Shown: positions 13,351 to 53,400 of the stretch, piece by piece
Position numbering within the stretch: the first letter of the stretch is position 1
How the letters are laid out: each line of letters begins with the position of its first letter
NCBI GenBank assembly: GCA_020137815.1
Contig: CM035358.1
Coordinates: forward strand, 5,766,001-5,830,000
Direction of reading: 5' to 3'
Length of the DNA stretch: 64,000 nt
DNA from: Hormiphora californensis
Lineage: Eukaryota; Animalia; Ctenophora
The notes under the pieces: model-generated
Seen by the model: only the letters and a program-made list of their open reading frames with translations
Databases searched by the model: none
What the model was told of the DNA's origin: nothing
Position numbers and translations under genes: made by a program

Positions 13351-16300
13351 TTCCCTCTCTCCTTCCTTTTCCCTAACCCCTGTGGCCATTATACTCAACT
13401 GCACGAACACTCAACAACACGAACAACATACGGCGCTCACACCTTTACATTCATGAACTATAAAACGTAGCCTCACGAGCATTGACCTTGCCAGCTTCAT
13501 CCCTGACCCTATCTACATCTGTGCTGGCCGAGCGCATTAAGGTTGTGCCGCCAAACGCTATGCCAAAAAGTTTGTTTGATTTCATACTGCAACTACCAGA
13601 TGATTAGGTAGAGTACCAGTGATTGGGTGCCCGTACTTGCAGTATACCGGACCTTGACACCGGGGTCAAACAAATGGCCGTGAAGTTTAATATCTGTCAA
13701 ACCATGGCACATACATGGCCAGAATACATGTGTGTACAAGGAGTGACAAATGTTAATGCGGAGAAGACACGAAAAAAAAAAAAAAAAAAAAAAAAAAAGA
13801 TATCATGTTTAAATGAAGGGTGAGAAGGGAATTTGGGGAAAAATTCAGTTATAATATAACTTGTTGAGTAAGGGGGAAGAGTGTGACACTCTTCCCCCTT
13901 ACTCAACAAAATATAACAGGATCTAACTAAACTTACCAAGGAAGGCAAGAAAGAAGACAAGATAAAGAACGTTCACAATGCAGTATGCCAACAGCCAAGG
14001 AGATTTTAATATCGATCTGAGGAAAGAGAAATAAAAACATATCAGATCTATACTGCAGTAGCAACATGTTGCTGTTTCTAATTCTGTAATCTGTATTGTA
14101 TTAGGAGCTGTAATTTCATATCTCGATCCGACTTCTGTTGCTGATACACTCTTGTCTGTCTTATACCACTTACTTGTCAGCTGTTTTCCATCGTGCAATG
14201 AAATCCAGGTAAAAGGTCAACAGACAGAGGAACTCTACAGAGTGGGTGACTCCAAAGGGAAGTTCAAATCGTCCATCGTGACCGGCTGTCACATTACTAA
14301 AATCTGAAAAAAAAATTAGTGGAAATCTTCTAGGAGATGATGCCGACCCAAGAACAGGAACCGACCGAATTAAGTAAACAGCCAATCAGAACTCGTTATT
14401 TAGGTCACGTTACTGGTTATCAGCCAATCAGGGACCAGTATTTCCTAATTCGGTCGGTTCCTGCCCTAGAACTGTAGAACTGCAATATAATAGTATTCAT
14501 TCAGCAGACAGCTGCCTGGCACAATATTCTGTCTTCTAGTGCCGGCATGAGCACGATATGGTTTTCATTATCAATTTAGACAGAGTTGTAGTCAGAGGAC
14601 CTATAAAACAGCCGTTTAGTTTGCAAGAGAAAGATCTTGCTTTAGGTGAGAATGCATTCTTCTTTCTCTTGTAAACTAAACGGCTGTTTAAAATACCATC
14701 GTGCTCACGCTCGAATATTCCCACCTAAAGTTTAGTTTAGAATGTTCGATAGAATATGCTTCCAAAAGGGAGTGAGGGTAATTTATAAATACACGTTCAA
14801 CTCGGGTTCAGCCCTTCCTGTATGGCGGCGCCATACCCCATTAATTGATTCGACAGGGCGCTAAGATGGGGTCTGCGGCGCCACACAGGGCCCTTCAACC
14901 TTTGAGAGATAGTATAGCTTCTTGGCTTTGTAGGCTCTGGTATATTATATGGTAGGCTCTGTATATACAAGGTGGCCCATAAATTATGAGGCCGGGGGAC
15001 GAGCTGTACCTCCGAAACGGTGATAGTTGTGCAAAAACAAACTACGGGAACATGCTGGAACAATTCCTTGGTAACTTTTTGCTAATTTTTAGTTTTTTAT
15101 TCAAAAGTTCATTTTTCATTCATGAACTTTTCACGCGTTCATTAATGAACTGAGGACTCTAATTTACCGAGAGTAAGCCATTTTGTTTGGGTTGAATTTA
15201 TCTTTCCAATAAGCACAATGAAAATCAAATTAAAGCACCAGGTCACATGGCAGTTGAGAAAATGCACATGCATGAATTTGGCTCTTCCTGCGACTTTCAA
15301 TCAGCTGTATCACGGCTACCTTTTATTCAATCTTTTTAAAAATTTGGGTGAAGATCGGATAAGCAAAGATCTTTGCTCACAAGAAAAATCAAGGTCAAAA
15401 CTGAAAGTTCATTTTTGAGTTTTGGTAGTTCATTCCACTCATTCAGGAACCAACATCCCTAAAGTGATAAAAAGTGATTGGTTTTGTTTGGCCCATACCC
15501 TGCAATGATAGAGAGGTGTAAAAACACGTTTCCGGGCTAGTTAGTAGGTGTCCATGTGATCATGATGATATCTGACACCTCTTCTGAGCCATAATCAAGG
15601 GATTTTCTCGAATTCAAGCATGTGATTTGGGTTATCTGTGATTGGTATCGTGCAGCAATGTTGAGAGATCTCATAGCACCTCGAAAATTATGATTAGCTC
15701 AATGAAATGAGTTGATTTTAGATCGAAAATGGTAGTTTAGTTCATTTTGACGTCTGTTTTGATCTCTTCTATCATAAATCAACACATTTCATTGAGCTAA
15801 TCATAATTTTTGAGGTGCTATGAGATCTCTCAACATTGCTGCACGATACCAATCACAGAAAACCCATTTCATATGCTTGAATTCGAGAAAATCCCTTGAT
15901 TATGGCTCAGAAGAGGTGTCAGATATCATCATGATCACATGGACACCTACTAACTAGCCCGGAAACGTGTTTTTACACCTCTCTATCATTGCAGGGTATG
16001 GGCCAAACAAAACCAATAACTTTTCATCACTTTAGGGATGTTGGTTCCTGAATGAGTGGAATGAACTACCAAAACTCAAAAATGAACTTTCAGTTTTGAC
16101 CTTGATTTTTCTTGTGAGCAAAGATCTTTGCTTATCCGATCTTCACCCAAATTTTTAAAAAGATTGAATAAAAGGTAGCCGTGATACAGCTGATTGAAAG
16201 TCGCAGGAAGAGCCAAATTCATGCATGTGCATTTTCTCAACTGCCATGTGACCTGGTGCTTTAATTTGATTTTCATTGTGCTTATTGGAAAGATAAATTC

Positions 16301-19089
16301 AACCCAAACAAAATGGCTTACTCTCGGTAAATTAGAGTCCTCAGTTCATTAATGAACGCGTGAAAAGTTCATGAATGAAAAATGAACTTTTGAATAAAAA
16401 ACTAAAAATCTGCAAAAAGTTACCAAGGAATTGTTCCAGCATGTTCCCGTAGTTTGTTTTTGCACAACTATCACCGTTTCGGAGGTACAGCTCGTCCCCC
16501 GGCCTCATAATTTATGGGCCACCTTGTATTCACAATCTAATCTAGTTAGTTAGATATCAAGGTTGGAGCTCTTTCTAGTAAGATCCTTGATAATGATATT
16601 CAAGATATGATTAAATGCTTATATTTTGAATTCTGAACTCAAACTAAGCAATCGCACATCTTGTAAATTCAACACCTCGAGTTCCCCAGAAAAACACTAT
16701 TATGCCCCACTATTATAGAGAGTCCCAGCCCCACTAGAGAGTCAGAGTGCTATAAAATACCCAGCTGCAGCGTTTAAAATAAAAGGTTGAAGGTTCCCCA
16801 GAAATTAAAAACATGATTATGCCCACTATATGCTTGCTAGGTAAATAACAGGTTGCACTGTTTAAAGTTGTTTAAAACTTAAATTCTAGGTCTGTTACTA
16901 ATTTCAATTTTTGTCTTCTTGGTAGAGGGTAACCACCACTTGACCCACGCATAATCATATACATTTAGTAATGAAATTACCCCTCCGCACAAGCTCACAG
17001 TGCAACATGCAATTATAGGCTGTCTGGCGCCGCCGACCCTATCTGAGCATTGGGGTAAGGCACAGCCATACAGATTATACATAGGGGTGACTTCGTAACC
17101 AAACCATTTATATTGTTCAAGTCTATTTTTGTTCACGAGACAGTTTGAATTTAACTCTAAATATTTTTGATATTGACAGCCCTGCTTCAATTCAAAATCT
17201 GTTGCTTGATCGCTCTTACCCCCTTCAAAGTACAGGGTGTCCCACTGTCTTTGCATCACCTGTGATTTTTGGTCATGACCGGGCTCCATTAAACTAACCA
17301 AAACTCATCGAAAAATTGGTCAAAATGGTTCTACCAAAAACCAGTGTTCTAGAGAATTGTCTGGCGAACATTTTGGTGGCAAGATTGACGTTTCAAGTCT
17401 TACCAATCGTCAGATATATCGTCGTAAAGTCAAAAGTACGTGTTCATGAAATCCGACCGGGGTTGACGTTTTGAAAAATTCACAAATGCAAAGTTGCTCG
17501 GATCACATTGCATCACTCATAAGAGTTGTAGGAAATTGTCTAGCGGTCATTTTGGTACCCGGGTTTTTGTCCTAGCTCAATGTTTAGAGTGTCTTATGAC
17601 TGTCTAAAGACGAAATTCAACCAGCATTTTTGAGGGGATCACGTGTCATCAACAAATGGGTAAAATGATTTGAAATTTACAAGAGCTTCATTGGAATCGT
17701 CTAAGGTTCATTTTGATACCATGATTTTTTCCATGGCTCTATGTTTTAGTTGCGTTATGACTGTAGGAACATGAAAATTGTTCTATGCTGAGTCTTAGTT
17801 GGTATCGGCTCACAACCCCTAATTAGGTGGCTCGGTGTCGTGTGTAATCCCATGATAATCAGCACATATCGTCTCAATTTCATCTAGACACTTGACAGGG
17901 TTGTTATGACGATTTGGCAAGGCCCCTGTTAATGTGTAGGATACGCAAGTGGTCTATCTCAACCCTATCATACACTAACATGTTATTCAAGCAGCAATGA
18001 GCTTCATAACAGGGCAAAATGCAATGAGATACCTGAGACCACTTTTGGAAAAATTCCAGTTCTGACAGTCATAAGACACTCTAAACATTGAGCTAGGACA
18101 AAAACCCGGGTACCAAAATGACCGCCAGACAATTTCCTACAACTCTTATGAGTGATGCAATGTGATCCGAGCAACTTTGCATTTAAGAATTTTTCAAAAC
18201 GTGAACCTCGGTCGGATTTCATGAACACGTACTTTTGACTTTACGACGATATATCTGACGATTGGTAAGACTTGGAACGTCAATCTTGCCACCAAAATGT
18301 TCGCCAGACAATTCTCTAGAACACTGGTTTTTGTTAGAACCATTTTGACCAATTTTTCGATGAGTTTTGGTTAGTTTAATGAAGCCCGGTCATGACCAAA
18401 AATCACAGGTGATGCAAAGACAGTGGGACACCCTGTATATTGTTTGATCGAATTCCAATTCCCCCTTCAAAGTATATTGTTTGATCGACTTCCCCCCTTC
18501 AAAATATATTGTTTGATCGCTCTTATCTATACCTGATGATATGCTGAAAGAAGATGGTTTCTCTATCAATGCCAATAACAGAAGAACAGTGCAAATTGAA
18601 TAGTAGGCCACTCGGTAGAGGGTAGTCTGCATGAATCGATAGATCTGTATCGAAACTGGATCTATCCTGAAAATGGTAAGTAATGGTTATAGTTTGAGTT
18701 GAATTGTAACATGGCTATGATCATGATTCATGGTCAATTATCTAATTTAGATCTCATAGCCAGCCTGATAAAACAGCCCGGAGTCGAGTTGAACTACAAA
18801 ATATCATTGCACTTGCCAGCGCTAATATTAACTTACCTGTGACAAAGGGATTTGTAGGCCAGGGCATTTTCGATGTAAACAACCGCCCTTAGAATTAGCT
18901 CACTGGTTCCGAATGATTGCATATCATTAACACTTGATCATAACTGGTAACTGATAACTTGTAAAGTAGCTGAGGGACCTGCTTTATCAAGATAGACGGG
19001 TCAGATATAAACACAATATAATCGATGGTACGATCTTCAATTGTCAAATGGAAATTACTGGTTCTAAGGACCGCGTTACGAACATTCAT
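1842..19089 (-). CDS. TPCN2: Two-pore channel, TPC2-like (multi-exon)
   Basis: GT-AG exons at approx. 18837-18887, 18533-18666, 14174-14303, 13937-14016, 10531-10727, 8263-8416, 7823-7887, 7341-7532, 6901-7007, 6558-6656, 6175-6277, 5832-5981, 5627-5721, 5366-5477, 5098-5164, 4660-4804, 4202-4291, 3949-4071, 3634-3736, 1842-1969. They join to give AVVYIENALAYKSLCHRIDP, ELPFGVTHSVEFLCLL, pore 1 LLVLTTTANNPDVMIPAY, MNLLLAVIYNQF, RRVIALRAAF and pore 2 NFDDFFAACVTLYTLMVVNNW, all recognisable TPC2 motifs. Start codon (19089?) and last exon are uncertain. Confidence 0.92.
2021..3396. mobile_element. Foldback element with TA flanks
   Basis: TA-GGGTAAACCGGGGCAAAATGG...CCATTTTGCCCCGGTTTACCC-TA; long inverted arms, left arm interrupted by a nested element. 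Confidence 0.88.
2167..2614. mobile_element. Nested Harbinger/Tourist-like MITE
   Basis: ~50-bp TIR GGGGAAACTCTAACTGAATGG, flanks TTA/TAA; absent from the mirror arm of the host. Confidence 0.8.
6700..6902. repeat. 21-bp repeat at a TPC donor
   Basis: Unit GGTAACCATGGTAACACACCT. Confidence 0.9.
7560..7812. repeat. ~33-bp repeat
   Basis: Unit TTGTTACCATGGTGACACTGTGACAGAAACATA. Confidence 0.9.
8420..10425. repeat. ~59-bp G-rich minisatellite filling a TPC intron
   Basis: Unit GAGTAGAAACATGTTGCTGCAGGGGTGAGTGGGGGCAGCTGCAGGTGGGGGATAGTGTG, about 30 copies with variants. Confidence 0.95.
11656..11836. repeat. (AGTC)n microsatellite
   Basis: Perfect tetranucleotide run. Confidence 0.97.
14355..14463 (+). 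mobile_element. 109-bp hAT-type MITE
   Basis: TIR CAGGAACCGACCGAA; 8-bp TSD CCCAAGAA/CCCTAGAA. Confidence 0.88.
14968..16526. mobile_element. Foldback/MITE, Tc1-mariner type
   Basis: TA-CAAGGTGGCCCATAAATT...AATTTATGGGCCACCTTG-TA; ~750-bp near-perfect inverted arms (identical mirror ORFs at 15218 and 16276). Confidence 0.9.
17233..18435. mobile_element. MITE with ~370-bp TIRs, Tc1-mariner type
   Basis: TA-CAGGGTGTCCCACTG...CAGTGGGACACCCTG-TA. Confidence 0.9.
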
Positions 19090-19132
19090 GGCTACACCCA
19101 GTTTACAGGCAACACAGCTGTATACTGTATAG

Positions 19133-19226
19133 CAGGAACCGACAGAAACAAGTAAACAACCAATCAGAACTCGTTATTTAGGTCACGTGACTAGGGACCA
19201 GTATTTCCCGATTCAGTCGGTTCCTG
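19133..19226 (+). mobile_element. 109-bp hAT-type MITE (internal deletion)
   Basis: Perfect 8-bp TSD CTGTATAG. Confidence 0.9.
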
Positions 19227-19635
19227 CTGTATAGTGTACACAGTGTAAACAAAGGACAACAACAAACACTAACATACATGCCCACATGCTACTAATCGGG
19301 TTCTCAGAGACTATAGTTTAGTATAGGACACTAGCTGTCTGGCAGTCAGCAAAAATAGAGACGTGAGAATACCACTTTCTAGTGTTATACACTGTCTGTT
19401 GAACAGTCATGAGTGTAGTAGTTGTACAAACAAATCATTACTGGTATAATAACACTCTGTAATTTACAGTCGGACAAAGTGTGAATTGTGAAAGTGAGAT
19501 CACATAATTTATGCAAACACGGATGTAGAATATGCTACAGTGGGTACTTTTCAATGTTTCGTGCAAATATGGCTACAAATAGTAAGGTACAGAGACACAC
19601 AACTAAACAAACGAGACCAGTGACGAGATAACTAT

Positions 19636-22600
19636 AGTACCTACACTACTTGTATATATCTAGTACACTACTTGTATACATCTAGTACACTACTTGTATA
19701 TATCTAGTACACTACTTGTATACATCTAGTACACTACTTGTATACATCTAGTACACTACTTGTATACATCTAGTACACCACTTGTATACATCTAGTACTA
19801 GTACACTACTTGTATACATCTAGTACACTACTTGTATACATCTAGTACACTACTTGTATACATCTAGTACACTACTTGTATACATCTAGTACACTACTTG
19901 TATACATCTAGTACACTACTTGTATACATCTAGTACACTACTTGTATACATCTAATACACTACTTGTATACATCTAGTACACTACTTGTATACATCTAGT
20001 ACACTACTTGTATACATCTAGTACACTACTTGTATACATCTAGTACACTACTTGTATACATCTAGTACACTACTTGTATACATCTAGTACACTACTTGTA
20101 TACATCTAGTACACTACTTGTATACATCTAGTACACTACTTGTATACATCTAGTACACTACTTGTATAGGATCTAGTACACTACTTGTATACATCTAGTA
20201 CACTACTTGTATACATCTAGTACACTACTTGTATACATCTAGTACACTACTTGTATACATCTAGTACACTACTTGTATACATCTAGTACACTACTTGTAT
20301 ACATCTAGTACACTACTTGTATACATCTAGTACACTACTTGTATACACCTAGTACACTACTTGTATACATCTAGTACACTACTTGTATACATCTAGTACA
20401 CTAATTGTATACATCTAGTACACCACTTGTATACATCTAGTACACTACTTGTATACATCTAGTACACTACTTGTATACATCTAGTACACTACTTGTATAC
20501 ATCTAGTACACTACTTGTATACATCTAGTATACTACTTGTATACATCTAGTACACTACTTGTATACACCTAGTACACTACTTGTATACATCTAATACACT
20601 ACTTGTATACGTCTAGTACACTACTTGTATACGTCTAGTACACTACTTGTATACATCTAGTACACTACTTATATACACCTAGTACACTACTTGTATACAT
20701 CTAGTACACTACTTGTATACATCTAGTACACTACTTGTATACATCTAGTACACTACTTGTATACATCTAGTACACTACTTGTATACATCTAGTACACTAC
20801 TTGTATACATCTAGTACACTACTTGTATACATCTAGTACACTACTTGTATACATCTAGTACACTACTTGTATACATCTAGTACACTACTTGTATACATCT
20901 AGTACACTACTTGTATACATCTAGTACACTACTTGTATACATCTAGTACACTACTTGTATACATCTAGTACACTACTTGTATACATCTAGTACACTACTT
21001 GTATACATCTAGTACACTACTTGTATACATCTAGTACACTACTTGTATACATCTAGTACACTACTTGTATACATCTAGTACACTACTTGTATACATCTAG
21101 TACACTACTTGTATACATCTAGTACACTACTTGTATACATCTAGTACACTACTTGTATACATCTAGTACACCACTTGTATACATCTAGTACACTACTTGT
21201 ATACATCTAGTACACTACTTGTATATATCCTAGTGGTGTGCGGACTTTGGTAATGAAATTCCCCCTCTGCGCTAGCTCACGGAGGGGTAATAATATCGCT
21301 TGTACGGCGGGAAAAAAATTCCTGTGTCCAAACTGCAAAACAGAAAGTTCTAATTTTTTGAACATACCGAGGAAATTGTCTGAGCTACCATTACATACCA
21401 GAATTTTTCGATATTTTGGCCATTAACACTGTTTTTGTTTTTGGAAAACTATGAAGATGCTGGAATTTGGCTACAAAAAGCTTCAGAAATGTGCAAAATG
21501 CCATTCCAAAGGTATTAAAGGTGGATTCATTGATAACTAAGCTATAGTCGAGTCAGAATAAATTCCACAAGATTGGAATTTTATGCCCATATAAGGAGTT
21601 ATGCGACACACCTCTGTTGTTAAACATGTGGTGGAATCGCTACCGGTCGTTACTTTCTGTAGAATTCAGGTCCTGGTTACTATACAAACTAGTACCATAC
21701 GTTTTAGATAGGTTTTAGACAAGTTTTCGATAACTTTTCATGAGAAGGTCCTGTAAATTTTCATTTTTAGGTAGGCGGTATTGTAACCCCTATATGCAAT
21801 AATAGGGGTGACTTCGTAACCAAGTGCGGACTCTAGTGCTACACTCTAAGTCTACAGAGGACTCTATATCTAAATTTAGATTTAGATAAAGAGTCCAAAT
21901 AAGTCTAAACTCTAGGAGGACTCTATGTCTAAAAAGTCTACACAGGGCGGACTCTATATCTAAAAAGTCTAAAAAAGTGGACTCTATATCTACATAAATC
22001 TAAATTAGATATAGAGTCCGCCTTTCGCCGCGAACTCGAGATTTTGGCCGTTAGGCCGGAAACGAGAGTTTGCTCTACCCCTATACTAATTTAGAAGTGT
22101 TAGGGCCGTTATTTGGGTTCGAGGTTAGGGTTAGGGTTAGTGTTAGGGTTAGGTTTTGGGTTGGGTTAGGATTTTAGACATAGAGTCCGGGTTGGAGGAT
22201 TTGGCGCCAAAATGAACTAGAGGACTCTATATCTAAAAATTCTACACAGGGCGGACTCTTTATCTAAAAAGTCTACACAGGGAGGACTCTTTATCTAAAC
22301 TTTTTTCAAAATCTAACTGTAGATAAAGAGTCCGTTTTTAGATATAGAGTCCGCCTTGGATTTAGATAAAGAGTCCGTTAGCACTAGAGTCCGCCCACCA
22401 TATCTAGTACACTACTTGTATACATCTAGTACACTACTTGTATACATCTAGTACACTACTTGTATACATCTAGTACACTACTTGTATACATCTAGTACAC
22501 TACTTGTATACATCTAGTACACTACTTGTATACATCTAGTACACTACTTGTATACATCTAGTACACTACTTGTATACATCTAGTACACTACTTGTATACA

Positions 22601-22722
22601 TCTAGTACACTACTTGTATACATCTAGTACACTACTTGTATACATCTAGTACACTACTTGTATACATCTAGTACACTACTTGTATACATCTAGTACAATA
22701 CTTGTATACATCTAGTACACTA
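19636..22722. repeat. 22-bp satellite array, interrupted by a transposon
   Basis: Unit CTAGTACACTACTTGTATACAT at ~19636-21230 and ~22401-22722. Confidence 0.95.
21234..22400. mobile_element. TIR element inserted into the 22-bp satellite
   Basis: TGGTGTGCGGACT...AGTCCGCCCACCA; flanks TATCCTAG/TATCTAG; many GGACTCTATATCTA motifs and a short TTAGGG tract inside. Confidence 0.7.
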
Positions 22723-24351
22723 CTACCTACTCGTCTGTGGTGCACAAAGGAAGGAAAATAAACAGGGGAACAGCACATCAGGTGGGTAAGCTGATATGTG
22801 ATACACAAGACTGGTGTCATATTACAGTGGGTGATATGTGAAACAAAAGACAGCTGTAACAGCTCCTGGCCAACATGGTCAGATCGAACACTGAACACGG
22901 GTATTGCCCATTGGGTCATGATGAATGATCATCTGATGGACGGCAACAGAGCCGAGGCGCCTGGTACCCACACTCCTGCTACAACAATGTTGACACGGCC
23001 CGGCGACGGACAAACATAGTGAGTTATCTCACACAAATACATACTGGACGGTAGATTACAAGCCAAATACATACTGGACGGTAGATTACAAGCCAAATAG
23101 ACGGATTTAAAATGGGTGCGAAATAAATAATGATTTCTACACTTACAGTACAATACAAAATTCCCAACTTCAAATTATTAAAATGTTTTCAACAGTCTTT
23201 TTTAAAGTTTTTTGACATTCAATGCCCTCTCGTAGAGTTGATCTTTTGTTAAATACAATGTATCCGGCGCTGTAATGTATAACTCTCTTTTAGCTGCATA
23301 GATCAAGAGATACAGTGAAGGGTGTCACACTGTCTTTGTACATACATGGGTTCCTGCAGGGAGGGGTAAACCAATCAGATCTCTGCAGAGTGGGGTTAGC
23401 CAACCAGAGCAGGGGATTTCAGCCAATCAGAGCTCTTATTTCTTTGTGTAGATATTATCAGAGTCCGATTGTTTTGGGTTGTTCCGTTTCTTTGGTCGTG
23501 TTGCGTCACTTTCTGACATCCCATCCGTGGTGCTGTACCCTGAAATACAATGGTTTAGTACAGAGACAGATGGATAGATAGTGCAGATGCAGAGAGACAG
23601 ACATACAGATTACAGACAGACAGACAGAGAGAGAAACAGACAGAGTACAGCCAAGGAGACGGATTCAGACCAGAAGGCATACAGACAGATAGACGGACAG
23701 GCTGTATTACAGTCTGTATTACAGACAGACAGACAGATTACCTTTACCTTTGACAGACAGATAGATGGAGATAGACATGCAGACAGAGAGACAAGAAGAC
23801 AGACAGATAGATAGACAGACAGTCTGCGTTACCTGATAATCGTGCCGCTTGTCGAGGTTTACTGACTTTACTGTTCGTCCTGGGAGGGTGTTTCTCCACA
23901 GTTGTTCTAACATAATCTGAGTGGGGAAATTAGTTTAATTGATATTTTAGCTGTCAACTTGGTTACTATAAGTCACCCCTATAAAGGCTGGGGAACGTAA
24001 CCATTGTGCTACATCCCTTCATCTCAGCCCCTCACGGGGCTGAGACAGCCTCTACGAAGAAGAAGAAGAAGTCACCCCTATTACGGGAGCTCGCGTTTAT
24101 GAGTAATTTCATAACCAAGCTGTCAGAATAATGTCTGAACTTGCGAGGAAGCTTCAGGGTGATGTCCGACCGCTCTCTTATCGATAAAGCGGTATGGCGA
24201 TGTCTGACAATTATAGTTGATGGTGCGGCTTTCACTTTGATACTAATCTGATGATTGAGTAGAGCTGATGATTGAGTAGAGCTGATGATTGAGTAGAGCG
24301 TAGTCTTAGTGCCAGAATTTACTTAAGTATTTGTTGGCTGGAGCACCATGG

Positions 24352-24848
24352 CACTATGGGGTCAATTCCGGTTAGCTCGCGAAATGCCGTGTTTTTGGCC
24401 CCAGAACGCGCAACAGAGCTTTAAATCTCGACCCTGTTGCGCGTTTTACACATAAAATTGGCGCTGGAAAGCGATTTTTTAGCATAAATACTGCAAAAAG
24501 TCAAAGTTCGCTTGCCCGCACCCTCTTAAATTTGGCTACAGACTATCCAGTACAACCCCCTGATCATTCTGGTACCAAATATGTCCACGCTCCGAATACT
24601 TAGCGAAAAAAATCTGTTGCATTTTAAAGTTTTCAAATGGCTCTCATTCTCTTATTTTGCAGATTATAGATCCAAGTTTGGTCTCATTTTGTGTGCCAAA
24701 CGATGGACCACATGTTAGACCCGTTTTCATAGCCATTAGACATCACACGCATTCATAGCGGCGTCTGTTTTGGGTGGCATTTCCTGCGCTAAAAACGGCA
24801 TATTTTTGCGAGCCTAACCGGAAAAACGCGCGTTTTGACCCCATAGTG
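24352..24848. mobile_element. Non-autonomous Transib-type element A
   Basis: Termini CACTATGGGGTCAA...TTGACCCCATAGTG, flanked by perfect 5-bp TSD CATGG. Confidence 0.85.
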
Positions 24849-25018
24849 CATGGGGGATAATTACTAATTAAATTAGTATGGTCATAAAATCTGATACATG
24901 TCTCTCCCTCTCTATCTCTTGTTGTTCATAAACTGACGGGGAAACTTGTAACGGGGAAGTTGTTTCAAACAACTTAACCTTTCCCCCGTTACAAATACCT
25001 TGTTTGATACCTCCACTA

Positions 25019-25110
25019 CAGGAACCGACCAATCAGAACTCGGTATTTAGGTCACGTGACTGGTCATCAGCCAATCAGGGACCAGTATTTCCTGATTCGG
25101 TCGGTTCCTG
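25019..25110 (+). mobile_element. 109-bp hAT-type MITE (internal deletion)
   Basis: Perfect TSD CTCCACTA. Confidence 0.9.
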
Positions 25111-25321
25111 CTCCACTAACACAACTGGGGTTAAACACATGTCACCCCACTATAATTTTCAAATCTCCCATCTACTAAAGAGTATCGCAGAGGGGCGATG
25201 CAGGGTTGTGATTGCTATGCGAGCTTCATTCAAACCTAAATTTACTAGACTCCTGTCGTGGGAACGTTTTTTTTGCCGGTAAATCGAGTTGTTTTATTGT
25301 GATTTAATTACTAATTATGGG

Positions 25322-52835
<27,514 letters not shown>

Positions 52836-52849
52836 GCTACTCAAAACAG

Positions 52850-53068
52850 AGAGTTGGTTTAATTGAAGGAGGAAGGGGTAAGAGTTGGTGTTATTGAAGG
52901 ATGAAGGGATACGAGTTGGTGTTATTGAAGGATGAAGGGATAAGAGTTGGTGTTATTGAAGGATTAAGGGATAAGGGTTGGTGTTATTGAATGATGAAGG
53001 GATAAGAGTTGGTGTTATTGAAGGATGAAAGGGTAAGAGTTGGTGTTATTGAAGGATGAAGGGATAAG
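52850..53068. repeat. 31-bp minisatellite just upstream of the RalGAP ATG
   Basis: Unit GAGTTGGTGTTATTGAAGGATGAAGGGATAA, about 7 copies. Confidence 0.92.
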
Positions 53069-53400
53069 AAACCGCCAGACGAGGTTTGTGAAGTTGTCAT
53101 GGGGTAAAATACCGGTGTACCATTTTACCGTACACAGTAGGAGGGTTTAGTTGGGTAGAAAATAAACACATTTCTCACAGACAAGATAATGTTAAGAAAC
53201 TAAAAACAGTATACGATTAAAAAATAACCCGTCATATACAATAACATAAGCATACGCTGCAGGCCCCTCTTCGTTGCACGGAGGTCACGGTGCACGCATG
53301 AGGAGACTGCAGCGCATTCCAAATAATAACAATGTGTTTGATGACGCTGACAACGAAAATAAACGTTTCAATAATTACTAAACTGGCGGACTAGAACATC

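Noticed and set aside
15218-16276. Identical 66-aa ORFs on opposite strands (also 43595/44641)
   Set aside because: Mirror images within foldback arms; no transposase motifs.
19636-22722. CRISPR-like appearance of short repeats
   Set aside because: Head-to-tail units with no unique spacers, no cas genes, eukaryotic context.
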